NCBI GenBank assembly: GCA_965199715.1
Contig: OZ241322.1
Coordinates: 1,792,001-1,856,000 of the forward strand
Source: Vicinamibacteria bacterium
GTDB lineage: Bacteria > Acidobacteriota > Vicinamibacteria > Marinacidobacterales > Marinacidobacteraceae
DNA: 64,000 nt
Direction of reading: 5' to 3'
Shown here: positions 25,312 to 33,429 of the stretch, piece after piece
Position numbering within the stretch: the first letter of the stretch is position 1
How the letters are laid out: each line of letters opens with the position of its first letter
The notes under the pieces: generated by a model
Told to the model about the DNA's origin: nothing
The model's input: the letters and a program-made list of their open reading frames with translations, nothing else
Database searches by the model: none
Position numbers and translations under genes: made by a program

Positions 25312-27681
25312 TCAGAAGCTCCAGCGCCACCCCGACAGCAGCGCGAGTTGCGGCCCGAGCGTTTCCCGGTGTCCGGCCCAGTGACTCCACACGGCTCCGA
25401 TGCGGAGCTCGCCGGGTCCGGCGGCCCGGTTCCACTGCGCGGTCAGGTCGATCTGCCGATGCGCCGGCGCGAGGTCGGCGCGCAGCGACTCGGAGAGCAC
25501 TTCGCCCTGTCGGGTGCGGGCGGAGGGCACGGCGAGCGACGCCGCGCCGCGCTCGACCCGGAGCGGCTGCGAGAGCGAGAACTGGAGCGAGCTGCGCTCG
25601 TCGAGGCCGGTTCCGAGATGGAGCGCGAACGCGCTCGTCGCGAGCGAGGAGATGTCGCGGATGATCCCGCCGTGGATTTCGGGGGCGGCGAGCCCCACTT
25701 CCCCGCTGCCGCCGAGGCGCCAGCGACCGAGCGACACGCCGCCGTCGAAGCCCACGAAGCCGGTCGTCGCGGACAGGCTCCCGAACGCGCCGTGGCCCAT
25801 GCTGCCGAGCAGCGTCTCCCGCTCCTCGATCCAGCCGGCGCGAAGCCCGAACGGAACGCTCCCCGGCCGCCAGGCGACGGCGGCTCCCGAGGCGGGCATC
25901 CCGACGCGCCAGGTTCCGGTCGTGAACGCGCTGGCCGAGAGTCCGGAAGGCGAGGACGCGCTCAGCATGACCGCGCCCTCGGCGAGCGCGAGGTGGCCGC
26001 TGCCGGTCGCCGTGGGCATCCGCAGGACGTCCGCCTCCATCGGGGCGGCGACGCCGGGATCGCGCTCGCCGAAGCTCGTGAACGCCGATCGGGAACCGGG
26101 CCCGAGGAAGCTGCGGAGCCGGGCGGCCATCGACGGACCGTCGGTCGTCACCGCGAATCCGCCGAGCCCGTGCCAGAACGGCGCGCCGAGCCCGTCGATG
26201 GACATGACCTCCTGGCCGTCGAGCGCCTGCTGGATGCCGTCGCCGAACGCCGCCCCGAGGCGCAGGCCGGTCGATTGCAGCGCGGCGCCTCCCATCACGG
26301 CGGCCCCGCCGGTCGCGATCGGGACGCTGAGCACGCCCACCGGGGAGGTGGCGGCTCCGAGGTCCATCCGGCCCTGGCCGTAGATCTCGCGCTCGGCGTA
26401 GATGCCGGTGCGGTCGGCGGTGACGAAGAGCCGGCTCACCAGCTCCTCGTTGGAGAGCTGGTTCCGGAAGAGCTGCTTCATGACCGCGAGCCCGCCGGAG
26501 ACCATCGGCGCGGCGAACGACGTGCCGCTGCCTTGGCCGATCCCCCGGAACCCGATCTCGTCCTCGTTCGGGCCGAAGTACGCGAAGAGGAGGTCCTGCC
26601 CGGGCGCGGCGATGCAATGGTCGGCGGCGATCCCGCAGCGGTTGGAGAAGCTCGCGATCGCGCCGCCGTCCGGGCTGAGCGCCACGACCGCGATGGAGTG
26701 CCCCTGCAGCTCCTCGATCCGCGCCAGCAGGCCGGGCAGGATGCCGACCGAGACCGCCTCGATCCGTCCGTCCACGCAGTTCGGAACCCCGAACCCGCAC
26801 CGGTCGCCGTTCGCGTTGCCCGCGGCCCACACGAGGATGACCCTGTCGGCGCTCCCCTCCTGCGCGAGCGTCGCGATCGTCTGCGCGAAGTTCTCGCGGA
26901 GGAGCGCCTCGTCGTACTCGCCGATCAGGCCGTCGTATCCGAAGCTCAGGTTCAGGATGTCCAGCTCGCCGCCGGTGTTCCTCCAGTCGAAGACGGTCTG
27001 GAAGAGCTCGGCGAACTGCGCGTCCGCACTGGCCAGCCCTTCGGCCGTGATCGGGTCGTACACGTTGTCGGGGTTGCCGAGCGGGATCGCCCACACCGCG
27101 AGATCCGCCCCCCACGCGACCCCGATCGGCGCGTTGGGATTGCCGGTGCGCCCGCCGGCGGCGATGCTCGCGACCGCCGTTCCGTGCGAGCTGTCGTCGC
27201 CGGTCTCCGCTTCGGCTCCGTACAGGAATGTCTCGTGGATGGTCTTGCCCGCGAAGATCGGGTGCTCGGCGTCGATCCCGGAATCGATCACGCCGATGGT
27301 GACGCCCTCGCCCGGCGCGACGTCGGGCCCCTCGAGCAGGTTCACGTGGGCGTACGCGAGGTGGGCGTTGATCGATTCGAGGCCCCATTGCGCCTCGAAG
27401 CCGGGATCGGCGGCGTATTCCGGAGCGAGCGCCGCGGCCCGGTCGTTGAACTCGGGAGCGGGAACGCACTCGCCGGTGTACGTGGTGACGCACACGTCAG
27501 CCGGCGCGTCGGGCGGATCGCGCGGCGGGGGCGGCGGATCCGGCTCGGGCTCGGGCGCCGGAGCCGGAGCCGGCTCGGGAACGGGCGCCTGCGGAGCGGG
27601 CGCGTTGGCCACGGATCGCGACCCGCAGCCCCCGAGCGCGACGACGAGCAGAGCGCTGACGCCGATGTCGAGCCTTGTCAT
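25312..27681 (-). CDS. S8 subtilisin-like serine peptidase, lipoprotein, with probable C-terminal beta-barrel
   Basis: Lipobox LGGC; Pro-rich linker; triad GVIDSG, SHGTAVA, GTSFAAP; AAGN; alternating beta-strand C-terminus ending WRWSF. Confidence 0.88.
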   Translation of the reverse strand: MTRLDIGVSALLVVALGGCGSRSVANAPAPQAPVPEPAPAPAPEPEPDPPPPPRDPPDAPADVCVTTYTGECVPAPEFNDRAAALAPEYAADPGFEAQWGLESINAHLAYAHVNLLEGPDVAPGEGVTIGVIDSGIDAEHPIFAGKTIHETFLYGAEAETGDDSSHGTAVASIAAGGRTGNPNAPIGVAWGADLAVWAIPLGNPDNVYDPITAEGLASADAQFAELFQTVFDWRNTGGELDILNLSFGYDGLIGEYDEALLRENFAQTIATLAQEGSADRVILVWAAGNANGDRCGFGVPNCVDGRIEAVSVGILPGLLARIEELQGHSIAVVALSPDGGAIASFSNRCGIAADHCIAAPGQDLLFAYFGPNEDEIGFRGIGQGSGTSFAAPMVSGGLAVMKQLFRNQLSNEELVSRLFVTADRTGIYAEREIYGQGRMDLGAATSPVGVLSVPIATGGAAVMGGAALQSTGLRLGAAFGDGIQQALDGQEVMSIDGLGAPFWHGLGGFAVTTDGPSMAARLRSFLGPGSRSAFTSFGERDPGVAAPMEADVLRMPTATGSGHLALAEGAVMLSASSPSGLSASAFTTGTWRVGMPASGAAVAWRPGSVPFGLRAGWIEERETLLGSMGHGAFGSLSATTGFVGFDGGVSLGRWRLGGSGEVGLAAPEIHGGIIRDISSLATSAFALHLGTGLDERSSLQFSLSQPLRVERGAASLAVPSARTRQGEVLSESLRADLAPAHRQIDLTAQWNRAAGPGELRIGAVWSHWAGHRETLGPQLALLSGWRWSF

Positions 27682-27786
27682 GGGAACACGATACCGCCTC
27701 TCGGGAAGGCGCGGTTTGGTCGGGGTGGCGGGCGGATCCGCGTCGGTATAGTCCCGGCGGCGCACGGCCGCCACGAGGAAGGGTTC

Positions 27787-29775
27787 ATGAAGGACGTCTC
27801 CACGATTCTCGCGCTCATCGACAGCGGCGCCATCGCCCTTCCTGAGTTCCAGCGGGGCTTTGTTTGGAATCGGGCGCAGGTCCGTGCGCTGTTCCATTCC
27901 CTATACCGGCGGTATCCGGTAGGTGGGCTCCTGGTCTGGACGACCAGGACCGAAGCGGCGTCCCATCGGGGCGACGGCCCCGTAGCGCAAGGCAACGTGG
28001 ACCTGCTTCTGGACGGCCAGCAGCGGATGACGACGCTCTACGGAGTGATCCGCGGGCGTCCTCCGAAGTTCTTCGACGGTGACCGGAATGCCTTCACCGG
28101 ACTCCGCTTTCATCTGGAGGACGAGATCTTCGCGTTCTACCAGCCCGCCAAGATGAAGGACGACCCGCTCTGGATCGACGTCAGCGACCTGATGAGGAAG
28201 GGGGTCGGCCGCGCCCAGGAAGCTGTTCCGAACCTGCCGGAACCGATGCGTTACATGGGGCGTCTCCTGAAGCTCCTCGACATCGCCAACGTGAAGCTGC
28301 ACATGGAGTATGTGGCCGGCGAGGAAAAGACCCTCGACGTCGTCGTGGACATCTTCAACCGCGTGAACAGCGGCGGCACGAAGCTGTCCAAGGGGGACCT
28401 CGCGCTCGCGAGAATCTGCGCCGATTGGCCCGAGGGACGAACTTCGATGAAATCCGAGCTCTCCCGATGGCGGGAGCACGGCTTCGATTTCACGCTCGAC
28501 TGGCTCTTGCGTTCCGTCAATACGATGCTGACCGGCGAGGCGAAGTTCAACTACTTGGAGGGCAAGACAGCGGCCGATGTACAGCGAGGACTCAAGCAGG
28601 CGACGACGCACATAGACACTTCACTGAACATGATCGCCGGACGTCTCGGATTGGATCACGATCGCGTGCTGTTCGGGCGATTCGCCATTCCCGTCATCGC
28701 CCGGCTCCTCGACCGCAAACCGGATCTCGGTGCGCGAGACAGGGATCGGCTGCTGTACTGGTTCGCCCAGGCAGGCATGTGGGGCCGGTTCTCGGGTTCC
28801 ACCGAGACGGCGATCGACCGGTGCCTGGCGGCGCTTGAGGGGCCGGTCGGTGGCGTGGACGGTCTGTTGGAGGAGTTGTGGGATTGGAGCGGGAACCGCC
28901 GCATCGAGCCGGGAGATTTCGCCGGCTGGAGTCTCGGGGCGCGTTTCTATCCGATCCTCTACATGCTGACCAGAATGGGCGATGCGCGCGACTGGGGCGA
29001 TGGACTCCCGGTGAAGGCGCATGCGCTCGGCAAGATGAGCCAGATCGAGATGCACCACATCTTCCCGAAGGCCAAGTTGTACGCGGCGCGTCGTCACGGC
29101 CACGACCGCGATTACGGCAGGGCGGAAGTGAACGCATTGGCCAACTTCTGCTTCCAAACCAAGGTCACGAACATCTGCATCAGCGACCGGCTGCCCGAGG
29201 AGTACTTCCCGAAGGTCGAGGCCAAGAATCCGGGCGCGCTGGCCTCGCAGTGGATCCCCGAGGATCCCGAGCTCTGGAAGGTCAAGAACTACCTGGACTT
29301 CCTTGAGGCACGCAGGAGACTGCTGGCTGAGGAAGCCAACCGCCGATTCGCCGACTTGCTCCATGAGGAACTGCCGTCCGTGGGCGACACGGTCTCTGAA
29401 CCTACGGAGGAGACGATGCCCGTGATCGTCCGTCCGGCCGTGCCCGGCGGGATCGAGAGCGACGCCGAGGAGGCAGAGATTCGGTCCCTCAACGAATGGG
29501 TTGTCGGATGGGATCTTCCGCGCGGCTCCGTCGGATTCGAGCTGGCGGACGAAACGACGGGCGAACCGCGCGCCGTTCTCGATCTGGCGTGGCCGGAGGG
29601 ACTCCAGTCGGGCCTGAGCGCACCGGTCGCAGTGCTGTTGAACGAGCCGCCCGAGGTGCTGTCCATTGCGAGCGCGTCGGGCTACCGGTGCTTCACCAGC
29701 GTCACGGCGTTCCAGGGCTACGTGAACGCGGAGATCCTGGAGCTGGAGACGGGGATCGGTGTTCGGTCCGCCTGA
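27787..29775 (+). CDS. GmrSD-like restriction endonuclease (DUF262 plus HNH-like DUF1524) with extra C-terminal domain
   Basis: LPEFQRGFVW, LLLDGQQR, IFNRVNSGG, EMHHIFP..LANF; SD GAGG and TATAGT upstream. Confidence 0.85.
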   Translation: MKDVSTILALIDSGAIALPEFQRGFVWNRAQVRALFHSLYRRYPVGGLLVWTTRTEAASHRGDGPVAQGNVDLLLDGQQRMTTLYGVIRGRPPKFFDGDRNAFTGLRFHLEDEIFAFYQPAKMKDDPLWIDVSDLMRKGVGRAQEAVPNLPEPMRYMGRLLKLLDIANVKLHMEYVAGEEKTLDVVVDIFNRVNSGGTKLSKGDLALARICADWPEGRTSMKSELSRWREHGFDFTLDWLLRSVNTMLTGEAKFNYLEGKTAADVQRGLKQATTHIDTSLNMIAGRLGLDHDRVLFGRFAIPVIARLLDRKPDLGARDRDRLLYWFAQAGMWGRFSGSTETAIDRCLAALEGPVGGVDGLLEELWDWSGNRRIEPGDFAGWSLGARFYPILYMLTRMGDARDWGDGLPVKAHALGKMSQIEMHHIFPKAKLYAARRHGHDRDYGRAEVNALANFCFQTKVTNICISDRLPEEYFPKVEAKNPGALASQWIPEDPELWKVKNYLDFLEARRRLLAEEANRRFADLLHEELPSVGDTVSEPTEETMPVIVRPAVPGGIESDAEEAEIRSLNEWVVGWDLPRGSVGFELADETTGEPRAVLDLAWPEGLQSGLSAPVAVLLNEPPEVLSIASASGYRCFTSVTAFQGYVNAEILELETGIGVRSA

Positions 29776-29784
29776 AGCGCCCCC

Positions 29785-30295
29785 CTGCGGCGGCAGACGG
29801 CGTACGTCGAGACCTATGTCGTCAGCTGCCTCACGGCTCGCCCATCCCGGGACACGCTCGTAGCGGCGCACCAGGACGTCACCCGGCGGTGGTGGCGCCG
29901 CACCCGCGGCCGGTTCGATCTCAATGCGTCGGCGCCCGTCGTCCAAGAGGCCCAGTGCCGGCGACGCAGCGGCCGCGCAGTTGCGTATCGATTCGCTCCG
30001 GGGTCTTCCGATCCTGCGAGTGACGCGAGCGACGGACGAACTGGCCGATGCGCTTGTGGCGCAGGGCGCCGTTCCGCCCAGCGCTCCTGAGGATGCGCTA
30101 CACATCGCGATCGCGGTGATTCACCGAATCAACCTGCTCGTCACGTGGAATTGTCGCCACATGGCCCACGCCGAGAGACGCGCCCAAATTGACGGAGTGC
30201 GCCGGCGCGCCGGGTTCAAGCCCGCAGTAATCCGCACCCCATACGATCTGCTCGAGGTGGCCGATGATGAAGCATTCCTCCAACGAAATCCTTGA
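29785..30295 (+). pseudogene. PIN-domain (VapC-like) protein, frameshifted at about 29951
   Basis: AYVETYVVSCLTARPSRD..AAHQ..TRRWW..VVQEA in one frame; SAGD..EDALHIAIA..LVTWNCRH..IRTP in the next; one extra C in GGCCCAGT. Confidence 0.75.
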
Positions 30296-30467
30296 GGAAA
30301 TCTGGGCGGTTCGCGATGCGCACGCCAAGAAGTTCAACTACGACCTGACCGCTATCGGCCGCGATGTTAGGTCCATCGAGGAGCGGTTGGGGCCGGAGTG
30401 GCGTCGCGTGTCCGCTCCCCAGCGGCCCGGGGCGACCCCGAGCCACTCCGGCAAGACCAAACCCTGA
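30264..30467 (+). CDS. Small protein, probable partner or antitoxin of the PIN protein
   Basis: EILEEIWAVRDAHAKKFNYDLTAI motif; SD GAGG; overlaps the PIN gene end. Confidence 0.6.
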   Translation: MMKHSSNEILEEIWAVRDAHAKKFNYDLTAIGRDVRSIEERLGPEWRRVSAPQRPGATPSHSGKTKP

Positions 30468-30470
30468 CGC

Positions 30471-31535
30471 TCAGCCCACGTTGAAGCGGATCAGCAGGAC
30501 GTCCCCATCCTGCACCGGGTAGTCGCGGCCCTCCAGCCGTAGTGCGCCGGCCTTGCGGCAGGCGTCCCACGAGCCGAGCGCGACCAGCCGGTCGTAGGCG
30601 ACCGCCTCCGCCCGGATGAAGCCGCGCTCCATGTCGCTGTGGATCGTTCCGGCGGCTTCCTGGGCGCGCGTGTCGCGGCGGATGAGCCATGCGCGGGATT
30701 CGGTGTCGCCCGCCGTGTAGAAGGTCGCCCGGTCCATGAGCTCGAAGATCGCCCGCACGACGCGCTCCGGGGCGCCGGCCTCGACCCCCAGCTCGCTGCG
30801 GAACTCGCCGGCCTCCGCCTCGTCCAGTTCGGCGATCTCGCACTCCATGCGCCCGGAGACCGCCGCGACCGAGGTCTCCGGAAGCGCCGCGTAGTCCTCG
30901 AGCGTCGCGCCGAGCTCGTCGTTGAGCGCGGCGGACTCCTCGCCGGCGTTCACGAGGAGAAGCTGCGGCTTGGCGGTGAGGAGGCCGAACCCGTTCAGCC
31001 GTTTCCGATCCTCCGCCGACAGGGCCGTGCGCAGCGGGCGGTCGTCCTCGAGCGCCGCCTTCGCCCGCTCCAGCGCCTCGCGTTCGCCGGGGGCCGCGCC
31101 GGGCCGCCCGCGGGCGCGCTCCTTCTTCAGCTTGTCGAGCCGCTTCTCCACGATCCCGAGGTCGGCCAGAAGCAGCTCCAGTTCGAGGTTCCGGGCGTCC
31201 CGCGCCGGATCCACGGTCTCGAAGGGCGCGGGCACGGCGGCGTCCTCGAACGCCCGCGCCACGTGAACCACGACGTCCACGTCCCGGATCGCGCCCAGGT
31301 TCTCGGCGACCCCTCGCGTTCCCGGACGCAGCGCCGGCAGCAGCACGATCTCGATCGTGGCCGGGGTGGTCTTCCGCGACTCATGGAGCCGGGTCAGCGT
31401 CGCGAGCCGCTCGTCGGGGACCGCGAGGACGCCGCGCTGCGCGGCCGCGGCGTACCCGGCGCGGGCGACGCGGGTCAGCAACTCGAAGACCGTCTTCTTC
31501 CCGGCCGACCGAAATCCGACGAGTCCGGCGCGCAC
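30471..31535 (-). CDS. ychF: YchF/OLA1-family ATPase with degenerate P-loop motifs
   Basis: VPDERL, HVARAF, LLTAKP, FYTAG, AAGTIHSDMERGFIRAE, RLEGRDY.VQDGD; GTG at 31535. Confidence 0.88.
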   Translation of the reverse strand: MRAGLVGFRSAGKKTVFELLTRVARAGYAAAAQRGVLAVPDERLATLTRLHESRKTTPATIEIVLLPALRPGTRGVAENLGAIRDVDVVVHVARAFEDAAVPAPFETVDPARDARNLELELLLADLGIVEKRLDKLKKERARGRPGAAPGEREALERAKAALEDDRPLRTALSAEDRKRLNGFGLLTAKPQLLLVNAGEESAALNDELGATLEDYAALPETSVAAVSGRMECEIAELDEAEAGEFRSELGVEAGAPERVVRAIFELMDRATFYTAGDTESRAWLIRRDTRAQEAAGTIHSDMERGFIRAEAVAYDRLVALGSWDACRKAGALRLEGRDYPVQDGDVLLIRFNVG

Positions 31536-31562
31536 GGCGGCGAATGCTAGCGCCGCGCGCGC

Positions 31563-31608
31563 GTGGGGTTGGGGGTGGAAAAAAATGGACTCAGGTGGTA
31601 CAAATTGG
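31563..31608 (+). promoter_or_regulatory. MraZ-binding repeats (dcw box)
   Basis: GTGG/ATGG/GTGG/TTGG at 31575, 31585, 31595, 31605 (exact 10 bp period) upstream of mraZ. Confidence 0.7.
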
Positions 31609-31685
31609 CTGCCCGCAGTGTGTCCGCCGTCCGTCAGGGAGGCGGTTTGCCCTTTCCCGCGGGTTCCGTCACTCCCGATCCTCCC

Positions 31686-32126
31686 ATGTTTCGCGGCAAC
31701 CACGCGGCCACCGTCGATTCCAAGGGGAGGCTCAAGCTCCCGACGGCGTTCCTCGCTCCGCTGCTGGCCCAGTACGGTCCCGAGGTCTTCGTGACCAGCG
31801 TCGGCGGGGACAGCGTCGAGCTGTACCCGCTCCCGGTCTGGCGCCAAAAGGAGGAGCGGCTCGACGAGCGCTCGGACCTCGACGAGGCGAAGGGCCGCTT
31901 CCTGTTCATCGCGAACGCCTTCGGCCAGCAGGGGGAGCTCGACCGGCAGGGTCGCATCGTGCTGTCCCCGAAACTTCGGGATCGGGCCGGAACCGTGGGC
32001 CGCGTGGACGTCATCGGGAAGGGCGGCTACCTCGAGGCGTGGGACCAGGAGCGCCTCGCGGCCAAGCTGGCGAACGACCCGTTCACCAGCGAGGACCGCA
32101 AGCGGCTCGCCGAGGCCGGGATCTGA
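31686..32126 (+). CDS. mraZ: Division/cell wall cluster repressor MraZ
   Basis: MFRG...VDSKGRLKLP, LDRQGRI, LEAW. Confidence 0.95.
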   Translation: MFRGNHAATVDSKGRLKLPTAFLAPLLAQYGPEVFVTSVGGDSVELYPLPVWRQKEERLDERSDLDEAKGRFLFIANAFGQQGELDRQGRIVLSPKLRDRAGTVGRVDVIGKGGYLEAWDQERLAAKLANDPFTSEDRKRLAEAGI

Positions 32127-33088
32127 TGATCGTCGCCGCGACGATTCCGATGGGGGCGCTTCTGCCCGGGACGCCCCTGCTGCGCACGGCGGAGGCCGTC
32201 CCGGACGTCCACGTCCCGGTGCTCGTCGAGGAGATCGTGCGTCTCCTCGCGCCCGTTCGCGGGGGCCGCTATCTGGATGGGACGTTCGGTCGCGGCGGCC
32301 ACAGCGAGGCCCTGCTGCGTGCGGCGCCCGGATGCCGGGTGCTCGCGCTCGACCGGGATCCGGCCGCGGCCGGCCCAGCGGCGGAACTCGCGGCGCGGGA
32401 GCCGGGGTTCCAGTTCCGCAACGCCGATTTCCGGAACCTGGAGACGGCGCTCGGCCAGGAGGGTTGGGATCGGGTGGATGGGGTGCTGCTGGACCTGGGG
32501 GTCTCCAGCCCGCAGCTCGAATCCGCCGGGAGGGGCTTTTCGCTGCGCCGGCCGGGGCCGCTGGACATGCGCTTCGACCCGACGCGGGGCGAGTCCGCCG
32601 CGGAAATGCTGGACCGCATGGACGCGCCCGAGATCGCCGACCTCCTCTACCGCTACGGCGAGCGGCGCTCCCGGGCCATCGCCCGCCGGATCGTCGCGCG
32701 GCGCCCGCTCTCCACCACCGGCGACCTGCGCGCCGCGGTGATCGCCGCGACCGGGCCGGGGCGGGGGCGCCTCGATCCGGCCACCCGCACCTTCCTCGCC
32801 GTGCGGGCGGCGGTGAATCGCGAGGAGGACGCGCTCGAGGCGGCGCTCGAGTCCGGCCCCGCCCGGCTCGCCGTCGGGGGGGCGATGGCCGTCGTCGCGT
32901 GGCATTCGGAGGAGGACCGCCCGGTCAAGCAGTGCTTCCGGCGCCTCGCCCGCACCGGCGCGTTCGAGCTTGCGACGCCCCGCCCCGAGTGGCCGTCCGA
33001 CGCGGAGATCCGGCGGAACCGCCGCGCCCGCAGCGCCCGGCTGCGCGTCTTGCGCCGGGTCGCATCGGACGAAGGAGCGGCGGCGTGA
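32126..33088 (+). CDS. rsmH: 16S rRNA m4C1402 methyltransferase
   Basis: HVPVL, DGTFGRGGHS, DLGVSSPQL, PLDMR, NRRARSARLR. Confidence 0.96.
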   Translation: MIVAATIPMGALLPGTPLLRTAEAVPDVHVPVLVEEIVRLLAPVRGGRYLDGTFGRGGHSEALLRAAPGCRVLALDRDPAAAGPAAELAAREPGFQFRNADFRNLETALGQEGWDRVDGVLLDLGVSSPQLESAGRGFSLRRPGPLDMRFDPTRGESAAEMLDRMDAPEIADLLYRYGERRSRAIARRIVARRPLSTTGDLRAAVIAATGPGRGRLDPATRTFLAVRAAVNREEDALEAALESGPARLAVGGAMAVVAWHSEEDRPVKQCFRRLARTGAFELATPRPEWPSDAEIRRNRRARSARLRVLRRVASDEGAAA

Positions 33089-33429
33089 TCTCCAGCCGCT
33101 TCGGAATCGGCTACGGCCCCTCCAACGAGTGGCTGCGCCGCCGCTCCGACCCGGAGCGCTACCGGGCGCTGTTCCGCGTCGCGGGGATCGGGGCTGTCGC
33201 GCTCGGCGTCCTGCTCATCGCCTACTGGCCCCGGCAGGAGGCGGTCCGGCTCGGCTATCGGACCGAGGCGCTGCGGATCGAGCGCGATCGGCTGGAGCGC
33301 GACATCCAGAGCGTGCGGTTGCGGCTCGACGAGCTCGGCGATCCGCAGCGCGTCCAGCGCCTGGCCCGCGAGCAGTTCGAGCTCGGGCTCCCGACGACGG
33401 TGGCGACGCTCGGCGGAGCGGGGCGATGA
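33085..33429 (+). CDS. ftsL: Cell division protein FtsL
   Basis: One TM helix plus coiled coil, between rsmH and ftsI. Confidence 0.7.
   Translation: MISSRFGIGYGPSNEWLRRRSDPERYRALFRVAGIGAVALGVLLIAYWPRQEAVRLGYRTEALRIERDRLERDIQSVRLRLDELGDPQRVQRLAREQFELGLPTTVATLGGAGR

Noticed and set aside
27520-27600. Short tandem repeats (GGCTCG/GCCGGA)
   Set aside because: They encode the Pro/Ala/Glu linker of the S8 peptidase; not CRISPR or a mobile repeat
25300-27786. 1491 aa ORF suggesting a giant DUF262 fusion
   Set aside because: Its first 829 codons are the stop-free antisense shadow of the S8 gene; the real gene starts at ATG 27787 with its own SD and -10
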